A DNA stretch of 64,000 nt, taken from contig OZ287751.1 of NCBI GenBank assembly GCA_965649765.1, positions 50,840,001-50,904,000 of the forward strand, in the 5' to 3' direction. The first letter of the stretch is position 1. Each line of letters begins with the position of its first letter. The translations under genes and the position numbers were made by a program. The notes under the pieces are model-generated. The model did not search any database, was not told the origin of the DNA, and saw nothing but the letters and a program-made list of their open reading frames with translations. The DNA is from Bispira polyomma. Its lineage: Eukaryota. Below are positions 51,686 to 64,000 of this stretch, piece after piece.

Positions 51686-52394
51686 CTGAAAGAGCCATTC
51701 ACATAGTCAAAGAAAATCAACACACATTCACAAAGAAATTTCTGATGAAAGCAGAGACAGAAGAAACATCTGAACCCAGCCCTCCCCCACCAAAACCAAA
51801 CATCTAGTCAAATATACCACTTTGAATTTTAGCTTCAATATAAACAACTAATGGGATGTCCCTGAATAAAGCAAAAAATGCTACATATCTTATACAGAAT
51901 TGTTGTAATATTAAAAATAAGCGAATCTCACTTCTCATCAGAAATAATGCCGATACATAACTACACATTAACATGTAGATTTTCCTGTGAGTTTTGGGTG
52001 AGACACACGCAAGTGAAGAACAATACAACAAGTGCAAACTGCAAATATGACAACTGCACAGTTAGTGCCTGCTATTTACAAGTGAACTGGTGTAGTTGTT
52101 ACTATACTCTATTCAGACCACTGAAACAATCAAGAATGCTATGCAAATTTAAATATTTGATCACTTTACTATACACAAAATATACAGATATAATGCTCAT
52201 CAAGGGTTGGCCAAGGTTTTAAAATATTTCAACCAACAACCACATTGCTCCTTTCAATTCAAATATCTTGTTGCGGTTCTTTCCATTGGCTGTAATAAAA
52301 CATTCTAATAGAATCCTTATCACTGATTGGTCAGTGATTCAAATCTTTTGTTACACCTCTTCCAATTGGCTGTGACTTAGCCTGTAAGACTTAC

Positions 52395-52568
52395 CAGGTG
52401 TGTACCATCCTCTCCAGGCTGGGTGTGACCTGGTTCTACAATGAGGTCTGCCCAGGTAAGGTTGGTCTGCTCTGGTACTGCAGTAGTGGTGGTGGTGTGT
52501 CCACTGGGAGGTCTGTACAGGTGACGACCTGTACCACGTACTTTGCTACTCTGGGGGCGACTATTAGA
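52395..52568 (-). CDS. Unidentified gene, internal exon (174 nt)
   Basis: Acceptor ttctAG, encodes SNSRPQSSKVRG..RPPSG..LTWADLIVE..THL, donor GTAAGT; phase 0-0. Confidence 0.78.
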
Positions 52569-52784
52569 CTAGAATATACAGGGTGGAGGATACAGGATGG
52601 GTTGGTAAAGATAGGAAAAGATATTAACATAGGCCCAACAGCCCAGGGACATACAATACATTGTAAACATCTAGCTACTAGCTAGAGTTTTAAGGATTAT
52701 AGGCTTCCCTTTTATGGTCATACACCTCAAAATTACTGGCTTTTTTCTATTGAAAAGATAAACAACAGGAGAATGGCCAAGCGG

Positions 52785-53440
52785 CCATATCATGACAATA
52801 CCACTACAAAGCAAGTTACTGACGAGTCTGGAAATAGTGAACCAGTCACTAGTCAGCGATCGAAATGGATTTCGAGAATCACCTACTGTGGGTACTCAGT
52901 TAGGTAAACCAAAGACAAAATTCAAAGTAAAATCTGAAACATATGTATAAACAACTGAATTGCCTTAAAAATGTTTTGATAATTTATTTTTCACATAAAT
53001 TTGCTTTAAAACCTGATAAAAACAATTTTCTACATATTTTAGTAGCTTACAGATGTTGGTTTGTTTACCTACAATATTATCGGGTTTTTTGACAGCTCTC
53101 GAAATGACCAAACCATATCATGATAATACCATTACAAAGCAAGTTACTGACAAGTCTGGAAATAGTGAACCAGTCACTAGTCAGCGATCGAAATGGATTT
53201 CGAGAATCATCTACTGTGGGTACTCAGTTAGGTAAACCAAAGCCAAAATTCAAAGTAAAATCTGAAACATATGTATAAACAACTGAATTACCTTAAAAAT
53301 GTTTTGATAATTTATTTTTCACATAAATTTGCTTTATAACCTAATAAAAACAATTTTCTATATACTTTAGTAGCTCACGGATGTTGGTTTGTTTACCTAC
53401 AATATTATCGGGTTTTTTGACAGCTCTCGAAATGACCAAA
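52785..53440 (+). repeat. Head-to-tail dimer of a 328-bp unit
   Basis: Units start at 52785 and 53113 (a third start at 53441); near-identical. Confidence 0.93.
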
Positions 53441-54202
53441 CCATAATTTATTTTCCAATTTTAATGTTTTATCTAATTATAGAAGAGTTAGGAAACCACA
53501 ACATCACCATCCCTATTAGCAATAGAAGATGGATTAGCTATGACCACAGAAACCACTATAGCACCCTCAAACAAACAGTCACAGTTAAATGAATCCCTTA
53601 CTAATCAAAGTCCTTGTTTAATCCAATTATACAACTGTTAGGAAACCACATATATCACCATCCCTTTTGACAATAGAAAGTACTAGTCATCAGTACAGAA
53701 GGCACTATAGCACCTCAAACAAATCTATCACACTTAAATTAATCCCTCGCTAATCAAAGCCCCTGTTTAATCCAATTAGAGATTTTTTTTTTTTTTTTAT
53801 TAAACTGTCGCTGTTCTATGCACAAACATTTTACAAATCACAAAAGGTATACATAGATTAATAATTTTAGTCACACTTACTTGAATCCTTTAATAATCTA
53901 AATCACAAAAGGTAAATAAAATAGCACTCAGCTAAAGGGGCTTATAAGTTATAAGCTTTTAAATATAATACATGTAAATAAATAGTCAGAGAATAAATTT
54001 ATTTGTTTCCAGGATACATTATTTTGCAAGGGGATACAAAAATTTGGCAATCCCCCTTGCCATATTTTGTATCCCCACATCCTTTGTTTTGAGGTACACC
54101 GGTACACTTAGTTCAATTATAATTGTAACCAAACCCAAAAAAAATATTTCCTGCCATAAAACCATCCATTTCTAACCCCATATGGTTTATTCATATTGTG
54201 AC

Positions 54203-55569
54203 CAGTGTGCGATTTAACCACGGTCCCGCTCGCCCGCCGCGACTAACTCTCGAGACGGTCTATGAACTTGTAAAAGTTAGATGCCTATAATAATTTTAAT
54301 AGATGCCTATAATAATTTTAATAATTTGCGATTTTTACTCCCATATTTGCTACAATAATACATATTTTGTCATTTTATAAGAGTTTTGTAAGGTTGTTTA
54401 CAGTACCTTCTTCTTCTCAATGTAAGAAGTATTTTGAGTAGCAAATACTCGGCTGTACTGAAGTTCGTGTGCAATTCGAAATTATCATATAAAATAGTAA
54501 AATGACTTTAAAAAAATCAAATTCAAGTTATTTAGCTTTGATAAAATAAAAGGGATATAATGTTCTATGAATTTAACATTCATTTTCAAAGAAACATAAT
54601 TTTTCTATTGAATTTTGTAATTCGGAACTACTTGCATTTTTAAAATACATACGGCCGGTCATGCTGTCTGTTTTCATCAGTAACTGTGTGTCGGTACCTT
54701 CTAAAACTCGAAGCTCCCTTTGAAGCTCTCTGGGGAGGTAAAATTGCCTAAATAGTGGGAAAAATCGCCCAGGGGTCTGGGAAGTGGCTGGAAAATAGCC
54801 CAGGTGTCTGAGAAATGGCTGTAAAATCACCTAGAGCTCTAAGAAGTGGCTGTAAAATTGCATAGAAATCTGGGAGTTGGCTGAAAAATTGTCTAGAAAT
54901 CTGGGAGGCAACAATAAAATTGCCAAGAGGTTGGGGAGGTGCCTGCAAAATTTCCCAGGGATCTGGAAAGTGATTGTAAAATTGTCAAGAGGTCTGGGAG
55001 GTGGCTATAAAATCACCTAGAAGTCTGGTAGGTGACTATAAAATTACCAAGAGGTCTGGGAGGTGGCTGTAAAATTGCCCAGGGATCTGGGAGATGGCTG
55101 TAAAATCGCCTAGACGTCTGGTAGGGGACTATACAATTACCAAGAGGTCTAAGAGGTGGCTGTAAAATTTCCCAGGGATCTGGGAGGTGGCTGTAAAATT
55201 GCCAAGAGGTCTGGGAGGGGACTGTAAAATCGCCTAGAAGTCTGGGAGGTGACTATACAATTACCAAGAGGTCTGGGAGGTGGCTGTAAAATTGCCCAGG
55301 GATCTGGGAGGTGGCTGTAAAATTGAGGTCTGGGAGGTGGCTGTGTGGGACATCATAAAATGAAATATCTAATTCATTCTTATATTTATTATTTATTCAA
55401 GATGTGTTTTAATTTAATTAACATTATAACTATGCAATAATTAATACAATTTACACAGTCTACTTTCAGTATTTTTCTTTCGGTCCAGTAACTTTTGGTG
55501 AGGGCCAGTAACTTTTTTAAGTTATTGGCCCTCCGGTCCAGTAACATTTTTGACGAATATCTCACCCTG
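54203..55569. mobile_element. Non-autonomous hAT element carrying a ~31-bp minisatellite (~54740-55345)
   Basis: TIR CAGTGTGCGATTT / ATATCTCACCCTG; 8-bp TSD ATTGTG(A/G)C; repeated subterminal CCAGTAAC motifs; unit GGTCTGGGAGGTGGCTGTAAAATTGCCAAGA. Confidence 0.85.
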
Positions 55570-56243
55570 ATTGTGGCACATATAGCTTCTGTAATTTTTA
55601 TCCTTTAAAATACTCCAGTTAACCTGTATGCAATATATAGGGTTCACCATATTTTTTTCTCAGCTTGTTACAGTAAGGAATCTAAAATTTACTCCTGTAT
55701 CTAAAATTCGCCACCCCTAAAATTTAAGCCAAATAAATAAAAACTGGCCAAAAAAAAACTGGTAAGGAAGGCAAATTAGTCATAAAAATATCAATTTAAG
55801 CAAATATTAACCACAACTAGAAATAGGACGCCCTGTTAAGAGTAGCTACAACATATGAAAAGAAACAGGATAGCATAGAAGAACACACATTAGCATGTGC
55901 AATGTCCACCCCATGAACCTTTTGGAACAATTGCACAGTAGTCTTACAGGAATGTTTTGTTTGTAAAATATATCAACGATGCTCCAAAATTTATTAGTAT
56001 ACATGTAAATTATTTCAACTGCACGGACAAAATGTCGTCAGACAAAATACCGAGGGGACAAAACAGCAGTCAAAATTGCTAGGGGGACAAAATGCTGTCT
56101 AACTAAATGGTACATAACACATTTACACAGGCACTGCCTAGTAGTGTACACATGTAACAGATTCCTGAAAAAAGCCCATCAGGAAAAATGTCCATTAAGT
56201 GAATCCCATCAGCAAAAAATCCCATCAGGAAAATTGGCCATCA

Positions 56244-56366
56244 CCTAATCGCTCCCACTATTTTTGATTTTCGATTAACGTTTTGGGTTTGTTGCGTCTT
56301 AGAATTTGTTGTACAAAGATTAAGCGCTATAAAAGTACGACTAGATTAGATTAGATTAGATGGGTG
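56244..56366 (+). mobile_element. Tail-only L2 insertion of the family at 1-938
   Basis: ~75 nt near-identical to 867-938, then (TAGAT)n; flanked by the 16-bp direct repeat GGAAAATTGGCCATCA. Confidence 0.85.
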
Positions 56367-56494
56367 GGAAAATTGGCCATCAATTTTGCAAAATTTCTTC
56401 ACAACAGATAATTTAACTATTATTTATAAAAATCTGATGTAAGGTAATGATAAACTACATTTACAATTGATTAAGGTGTGTGAAAGTAATAACA

Positions 56495-57445
56495 AATTGC
56501 TCTATCTCGCACGGTTCAGGAGATAGAAGAAATTTGTGTTTTTCCAGTTTTGGCAAAAATTCGAAAATTCAAAATGGCCGCCATTTTTGGGGAGAGGAAA
56601 ATTTTTTGAAAATTGCCTACAGCACATTTCTTAGATACCCTGTGGGTCGAAAATTTCGTCAAAATTGCTCTATCTCGCACGGTTAAGGAGATAGAAGCAA
56701 ATTTGTGTTTTTCCATTTTTGGCAAAAATTCAAAATGGCCGCCATTTTTGGGGAGAGGAAATTTTTAGAAAATTGCCAATAGTACATTTGTTAGATGCCC
56801 TGTGGGTCGAAAATTTCGACGAAATCGCTCTATCTCGCACGGTTAAGGAGATACAAGCAAATTTACGTTTTTCCATTTTTGGCAAAAATTCGAAAATTCA
56901 AAATGGCCGCTATTTTTGGGGAGAGTAAATTTTTTTTCAAAATTGCCAAGAGTACATTGCTTTGATACCCTGAGGGTCAAAAATTTCGACGAAATCGCTC
57001 TATCGCGAACGGTTTAAGAGATAGACATATTTATGTTTTTTGCTATGTAGCTATTACTACTAAAAATCAACCAAAGTATGTATATATATTATATATCTTC
57101 CCAAACCTAATGTTTGTCATATATATATATATTATTTTTGAAACCATTTGAAATGGGCGGTAATGAGTCCCTTCAATCAAATCTGAGGTTCCCAATATAT
57201 AAAACTTGGGGTGGCCATAATTCTACCCAAAAGACAACATTTTCTAGGTGGCGAATTTCAGATGGAGGTAAATTTTATATTCCTTACAGCCACAATCACC
57301 AATCAACCAAAGTATGTATATATATTATATATCTTCCCAAACCTAATGTTTGTCATATATATATATATTCTTTTTGAAACCATTTGAAATGGGCGGTAAT
57401 GAGTCCCTTCAATCAAATCTGAGGTTCCCAATATATAAAACTTGA
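56495..57445. repeat. ~165-bp tandem array (4 units) followed by a ~144-bp direct repeat at 236-bp spacing
   Basis: GCTCTATC at 56499, 56667, 56827 and 56997. The unit shares CAAAATGGCCGCC and GGGTCGAAAA with the 49.2-49.7 kb array. Direct repeats start at 57065 and 57301. Confidence 0.85.
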
Positions 57446-57738
57446 ATAACTTTTACTATACCGCACGCAATCATACCAAATTAATTTTGGACCAACTAGA
57501 GACCAAAGAGTGTATATATACCAAACATAAGAGCACAACTCCCTATAGATTCAGAGATTACGCTGTGGACAAGTTCTAACCATGCGTAACCAAGGTTCTT
57601 GAACTATCCCCCTCTTTCTCCAGGAAAGCATGATTGTGCCAATAAACATTTTAAAAATTGTTTAGCTTGAAATAGAAAATATGTGGGAGCTGATACACTT
57701 TACTGCAACACACATTCAGAAGAGCTAATATTCAAATA

Positions 57739-57923
57739 CAGTAGAACTTCTATTTTATGGACATCTTGGGAGAGTGAAAATTTGTTTGGATAATGGAAGG
57801 CCTGTCCAATTGAAGTGGCATTTTAGTATAAAACATGGCAAAAAATAAGTTTGGGAGAGTCAAATTGAGTCCGTAAATCAAATATTCGGATAATAGAGGG
57901 TCGGATAATGGGAGGTTCTACTG
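57739..57923. mobile_element. pogo/Tigger-like (Tc1-mariner) MITE
   Basis: TA|CAGTAGAACTTC ... GAGGTTCTACTG|TA. Confidence 0.82.
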
Positions 57924-58164
57924 TAATATAAGTTTGGACAGTTAAGCTACCACCATAGTATATACAGTTGACTCTATATAAGTGGAATGTTCAATATCCA
58001 CATAGGAGTTCAGTCTACTTATGGCTATCTTCCACTTAATATACCTAATTTTTTAAAGTGAGTATCTTTGGAATGTTGGGATCAGAAAATTGGTTTTAGT
58101 AGTAGAGAACTTGATACTGGTACTCGTTACAAAGAATCTTTAACAGAAGTGTAGTATAACGCAC

Positions 58165-58359
58165 CTGTCTCTGGTTTGGCTGTGTAATAAAGGCTCTATT
58201 AGCTATAGACTGTGTGGGCATCTGTTCAGATGCTGAGCCAGCTCTCTGTCTCATACTGCCTAGTTCTGTCAGGGAGTTAGAGCGCAGTAATGGTCTGTGG
58301 GAAGGCTCTATATTCAATAATGGCGTCGGCTGAGCTAGTCTTTCTATAGGTTCATAGTC
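58165..58359 (-). CDS. Unidentified gene, internal exon (195 nt)
   Basis: Acceptor ttttttaacAG, encodes DYEPIERLAQP..LLRSNSLTEL..QPNQRQ, donor GTGCGT; phase 0-0. Confidence 0.8.
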
Positions 58360-59808
58360 CTGTTAAAAAAGGAGCAATACGTTTAGTATCTGAATTATAC
58401 TGCAGCATGGAATCTCAGTGTGACCTTAGTTAGAAAACCTTCACAGTCAACTAAATTATATGTCTTACGATTAAATCTTTTAAATTACATGTTTGATGTC
58501 AGTGTTGAAATTTCTAAATGATATATTTGAAGTCAGTATTGAAATATCTGAATGATATGTTTGAAGTTAGTATTTCAATTTTTTTTTTTAATCAACATTA
58601 AGAATCGCAACTGAAACCAAATTGATATTGACACAATGGCCAGAGAATAACAACTTTAATGAAGGTGATGTGGCATTCTTTTCATACATAAATAACCCTA
58701 TATGTAACCATTTATTATTGAAGAGTTTCCAGCACTGAATTCGATTGTAGTGAGAATTGTACTTCATATACACTCCAGTAAGGAATCATGAGGAAACATC
58801 AGATTTTAGCTTGAGATGCTTGGTTAATACCACCACTGAGATGGTTAAAATTATATCATATACCAAAATAATAAATACCAGACCTATTGGGGATTCCTAA
58901 GGTAACAATAAATTTCATAGAAGAAAATGAACCTGTTTATCTTACACTTCAGAATTATGTACCTACCTGAAATTCTATAAAAATTCCCCAAAATTGCCTA
59001 TGATAAAACTATAATAGGATCAATATTTATATTAAACAATTCAAATATAATCCAAATTCTTTATCTGCCCAGATTGACCAATTTTAAACGGTCACTTATA
59101 AGAGCCTAAATATAAAGGGTAAGGGGGCACTAGGGTAAGGGTGCCAGGTAAGAGGGCCTCATCACTCAAATTTATTAATCCCAGTAGGGTAAGGGTTGGT
59201 AAAGCCCAAATGTAGTACAGTTCCTGACACCTGCATCGCACTGTACTAATTGCCTTATTATCCAAACCTAACCAATGGACAATACTGAACTCCATATTTT
59301 TAGCAGAGTGTTGTTTCTGACTAAAATGCCTTGATACTGGGGTATTCCCTTTATAGGATTGGGTGAGGCTCCAGATTTATTGGATGCTCCCTCTAGTAGG
59401 CTAAGAGTCTCATTACTCAATCTGTTGTCAGGTATAAGTGTACCTGTCTATGGAGTATTGAAAGCTGAACTTCCTCCCACTTTGCACCCAATAAAAACAC
59501 ATTATAATGGGTTCACCATTTATTCATTTATTTATACATTTATTTCCCCTCATAGGTGAAATTATATATATATGCATAATGATTAATATAACAGTTTGAA
59601 CCACCCATTAGTTGACTTTTGGTTCTGAACATACTTGAAACCTTCCTGACCACTCACTTCAGTTAGAACAGGATCTATTGTATCTACAATGATTACCTTT
59701 GAGTCAGAGCCCACTTAGAGTTCTGCTCCGCCCAGTTGCTCCGCCGGATCAGGCGGAGTCAGGCGGAGTCCATTTTTCCACCTTAAGTTTTTAAAAGGTG
59801 AATTTTTT

Positions 59809-59875
59809 ACAGCCTCTGATGAGAACACCCACTGGAGTTCGAAATATATTTTACACCAATAATATATAAGGCAGT
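59809..59875 (+). ncRNA. Type I hammerhead ribozyme
   Basis: Stem I GCCT/AGGC; core CTGATGA (59816-22); stem II GAAC.CC/GG.GTTC; GAAA (59841-44); stem III TATATT/AATATA; cleavage triplet AUA (59866-68). Confidence 0.8.
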
Positions 59876-60742
59876 CAGTTAACTCCTGTCACCTACACCA
59901 GGTTCAAATAAATACTTATAAGAGCCCTTTAAAATACATGAATATAAAAAAAATCATGATTGTGTATTTCTCCTCTTAGTTTTACATGTCATGTAGAAGA
60001 GTGACCTACTTTTATGTCTTTTGATAAAATCCACACTTGTTTAAATATATCAAGTCATTTTTTGGAACACTGGTAGTATGGTATGTATATAAAATTCAAG
60101 TTATCATGAAATTGTGTAATATCAACAGTATTGTACCTTCGATTTCATTGTGAGGCCTTGACCTAGTTTAAAGAAATTTAGCAATTGTACAGCCTATAAG
60201 TCTTTGCTCTGTAACATCTAATTAGAATGTTTAATCACAGAGCAGATTTGCTGCATGATGGCTATTTTATGTGTCCTTATTAAATGACAATGTAGAGGCA
60301 TGACAAATATGTGGCCACACAGAAACTGAGCATTAATTTATGTGTACAAATAACTAAACCTCTGATTCACAGCATCATAATTACACCATGTCAGTGGGTT
60401 CTAAATCTAATTGGAGCAATTCTACTTTACCGGTAAGAGATTTTAACGAGATTTCGCTTACAACAAATAAATTTGTGATTATACAAGGCACATTTAGTGT
60501 AATTAAGGGGGACATGTCCCCCAAAAGACCCTCTGTATTGTTTGTAATAGTTTGCGACGAATCCTCAACATTTTAATTGTCATTTAATTTTAATTTACGA
60601 TGAAATGTACGACAAATCCTCGACATTTTAATTGTCATTCAATTTTAATTTATTATGAAATCTGTGTAAACAAAAAAGGTACCGGTGAAGTAGTAACTAT
60701 CCATTTAATTTGTGTTCATAAGTACATAATTGAACACAAACT

Positions 60743-61700
60743 TAGGCTTCTGTCTTGAAATCACCTTACCTAGACTTCTGTCTTAGTCTATCATTACATA
60801 GACTTCTCTCTTATCTCTGACCTTACCTAAGACTTCTGTCTTAGACTATTCTTACCTAGACTTCTGTCTCAGACAGATCCTACCTAGGCTTCTGTCTTAG
60901 TCTATACTTACCTAGACTTCTGTCTTAGTCTATACTTACCTAGACTTCTGTCTTGAAATAACCTTATTAAGACTTCTGTCTTAGACTGACCTTGCCTAGA
61001 CTTTTGTCTTTGTCTATCCTTACAAAGACTTCTGTCTTAGACTGACCTTACGCGTCTGTCTTACACTATCCTTACCTAGACGTCTGTCTTAGACTATCCT
61101 TACCTAGACATCTGTCTTAGACTATCCTTACAAAGACTTCTGTCTTTGGCTGACCTTACGCGTCTGTCTTAGACTATCCTTACCTAAACTTCTGTCTTAG
61201 ACTGACCTTACCTAGACGTCTGTCTTAGATTGACCTTACCTAGACTTCTGTCTTAGACTGACCTTACCAAGACTTCTGTCTTAGACTGACCTTTCTTAGA
61301 CTTCTGTCTTAGATTGACCTTACCTAGACGTCTGTCTTAGACTATCCTTACCTAGATGTCTGTCTTAGACTGACCTTACCTAGACTTCTGTCTTAGACTG
61401 ACCTTACCTAGACTTCTGTCTTGAAATAACCTTATTAAGACTTCTGTCTTAGACTGACCTTACCTAGACTTCTGTCTTAGACTGACCTTTCTTAGACTTC
61501 TGTCTTAGACTGACCTTACCTAGACGTCTGTCTTAGATTGACCTTACCTAGACTTCTGTCTTAGACTGACCTTACCAAGTCTTCTGTCTTAGACTGACCT
61601 TTCTTAAACTTCTGTATTAAACTATCCTTACCTAGACGTCTGTCTTAAAATAACCTTACTAAGACTTCTGTCTTAGACTGACCTTACACAGACTTCTGTT
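60743..61700. repeat. 28-bp minisatellite, ~34 copies
   Basis: Unit CTTACCTAGACTTCTGTCTTAGACTGAC. Confidence 0.95.
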
Positions 61701-61744
61701 TCACCCTGTACAGTGAATTGTAGAATTGTTTGCTTATCTCTTAC

Positions 61745-61924
61745 CTGTGTTTCTACCTGTTCTCTGACTCTGGCGTCTCTTTGGTACACCAGCTGTTCCT
61801 CTAAGTACCTCTGTCTGTTTTGTAAATACACTCGTACCTTCAGCTCTTGCTTTTGCTCCAATCTTTTGTACTCACGATTTAGCAGGCCAATCGTTAGTAG
61901 AGCCCAGTGGTTTAGTGGCTTTGA
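61745..61924 (-). CDS. Unidentified gene, most upstream exon recognised (180 nt, coiled-coil-like)
   Basis: Acceptor ctgtttcAG, encodes SKPLNHWALLTIGLLNREYKRLEQKQELK..EQVETQ, donor GTAAGA; phase 0-0. The gene continues upstream. Confidence 0.8.
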
Positions 61925-64000
61925 CTGAAACAGAAAAGCTGAGAATAAAATATATGAAACATTCAACTGAAAACACCTTGCATGTTATTAAATTGCTGTT
62001 TTTTTTATAATATACAAGATATGAACATTGAGGTTTGTTTAAATTACATCTATAAAACCATCAGGTTACACATATATATACATATAGTACGTGAAAGGGT
62101 TAATTGAAAATATGTTACACAGTTATAAAATTTAACAAAAATTACAGGTGTCTCTAAACTGGTTAAGAAAAGTAGGATACGCTCAAATGATTTTTCTATA
62201 ACAGTAATAGGCAAAACAGGAATACACAACTATCTGAAATAATTATAAGCACATACACATTTCAAAGAAATCTATAAAGTTAAAAATTGTTGTTTAAAAA
62301 ACCTTTTACTTTTCAGTTGTTTACAAACCAAAAATCAGATTGAGATTTTTTTTCACACCCACACTGAAATAAATGATGATATTAGCCTCCCACAAACATG
62401 CACACATATATTTACTCTCATACTTACCTGGTACTACATAATCCTTTGTTAACATTGTTTTGTTAAATCAACTAGTCTGGTCATGTAGTAGACTAACTTA
62501 ATTGTGGTGGCCTATTACTATAGAGATTAGGGACTGATATAAATAGAATTAAAAGAGAAAAGTGACAAGTACGGACAAAATCACAGTATCTTTATAAAGC
62601 ATATGTAATAAATGGATCAACCCCATTTAACATAGTGCTAAAACCTAATTAATCTATTGTACAAAATAAGAAAAAGTTCAATCCTGGTGGAGAATTATGT
62701 AGGCTTATATGGCCATGCAGAGTTATGTTTTCTAGTATTTCTAGAGAAACCAGTTTGAGGGTAAATGAAGCATTAATTATAAATAAAAGAGCACATTACA
62801 GAAGGTGCCAGCAGAGTGTGGAAAACTGTTTCAATGATAAATTCATCCATTTCATGCTTTGTTAGTTTAATGACTGTATTCACACAAGGTCTTTGTCTTA
62901 ACTCTGCATTAAGCTTTACATTTTCATCTTTGATTTTGGCCCATAAATCAAGATTTCGGTCTTAGTGACAATAGCAAAAGATCTACACTAAGTCTTACCT
63001 TTGCTCATAAATGTAAAGCTTAAAACTAAGTTATAAGACGAAGACCACCCCTAGTCTTAGACTTAGTCTTAATCTTAAAATTTTTCTCTAAAATATTAAA
63101 CACTACCTTGTGTTTGTGAACTTAGTGTTAGGAGCCCAGTTACAATAAAATTAACATTTTTTTATAATGTTGCCATTAAACTATGAAGACCAAAATCTGA
63201 ATTTTTGGGTCAAAAGCTCAGATCAAAGTACTGTATTAGATTTACGACTGTAAGCCAAGAATCTTTTGTGAATATCACCTCAGGAGATAGTCAAATACCT
63301 TCGTCAGTGCCAAATAAAAGAAACCCAAGAATTTAAGAATTCATTAAAGGAAATTGGGCCACTGTGTGAGACTGACATTGACATAAAAATTAACTGGAAA
63401 GTACACATGAATTCAAAAAAGTGTTATACATTACTGCAGATTTTATATTTATTATCTATATGTGTTCCAATTTAGTCAAATTAAAAATAATACATTTTAA
63501 GTTGTTTTTTCTGGTGTTTGTCGGAGCCATAGTAAAAACATACTGGGATATTGTCCTACTAATGTTTTTTGTCCTTTATGATTTTTATCCAACATTTCTG
63601 TATAGAGTGTGTTCAGTCTGTGAATATATATAAATGTACAGCTGGGTATGAAGAAGATTGGTAGGTAGGATATCTCTCACATTTTCTTTTGTCACAAGCT
63701 ATATACCACATTCAATACAATTAAAGGGACACATTAAGCAGACACTTTCACACACATTTCTCACTTAAAAAACACAAAGAAAAATTATTTTCCGATCATC
63801 TAAGATATATGGGCACCAAAAGAAGGTGTGTTGTAAAGAAGGCATTTAATTAACACCCTAGAAAAAAGAACACACAAACAGCCAAAAAATTTAGGTTACT
63901 TATGATCAACAATTATATATATGACACCATTAATATTTATTTCACTTTCACATAAACATACGTTTTATACCCTTAGACATTTTAATGGCTACTTTTGTGC

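Noticed and set aside
59280-59447. Possible extra minus-strand exon (TGTLIPDNRLSNE...)
   Set aside because: Open frame and a plausible AG, but no convincing phase-0 donor; left uncalled.
60743-61700. CRISPR-like array
   Set aside because: Contiguous repeats with no unique spacers, no cas genes and a eukaryotic context; the same applies to the other arrays.
62428-62500. CAG|GTAAGT donor as the next upstream exon
   Set aside because: The phase-0 frame needed to join exon 61924 contains a TAG two codons before the donor.

Overview
AT-rich animal (invertebrate, probably lophotrochozoan; inference) genomic DNA, about half transposon-derived. Host genes: an intact 3-coding-exon SLC52 riboflavin-transporter-family gene (+, 9097-12813, 475 aa); a tandem SLC52 pseudogene (31335-33652) disrupted by a SINE and stop codons; and the last six visible exons of an unidentified minus-strand gene (61924-45109). 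Mobile DNA: L2-type LINEs, a Ngaro-type and a DIRS1-type tyrosine-recombinase retrotransposon, a 12.7-kb PIF/Harbinger element (transposase, MADF gene, repetitive cargo) with a cognate MITE, hAT/pogo MITEs, a Helentron-like element and tRNA-derived SINEs. Best hidden signals: a fully pairable type I hammerhead ribozyme (59809-59875); a 328-bp tandem dimer with a decayed hammerhead-like core (retrozyme-like); a near-intact L2 whose ORF starts with a signal-peptide-like leader and a 2A-like NPGP motif; and Harbinger cargo made of intron-like modules, hairpin arrays and inverted copies of its own transposase 3' end. All calls are by-eye reading; no searches were run.
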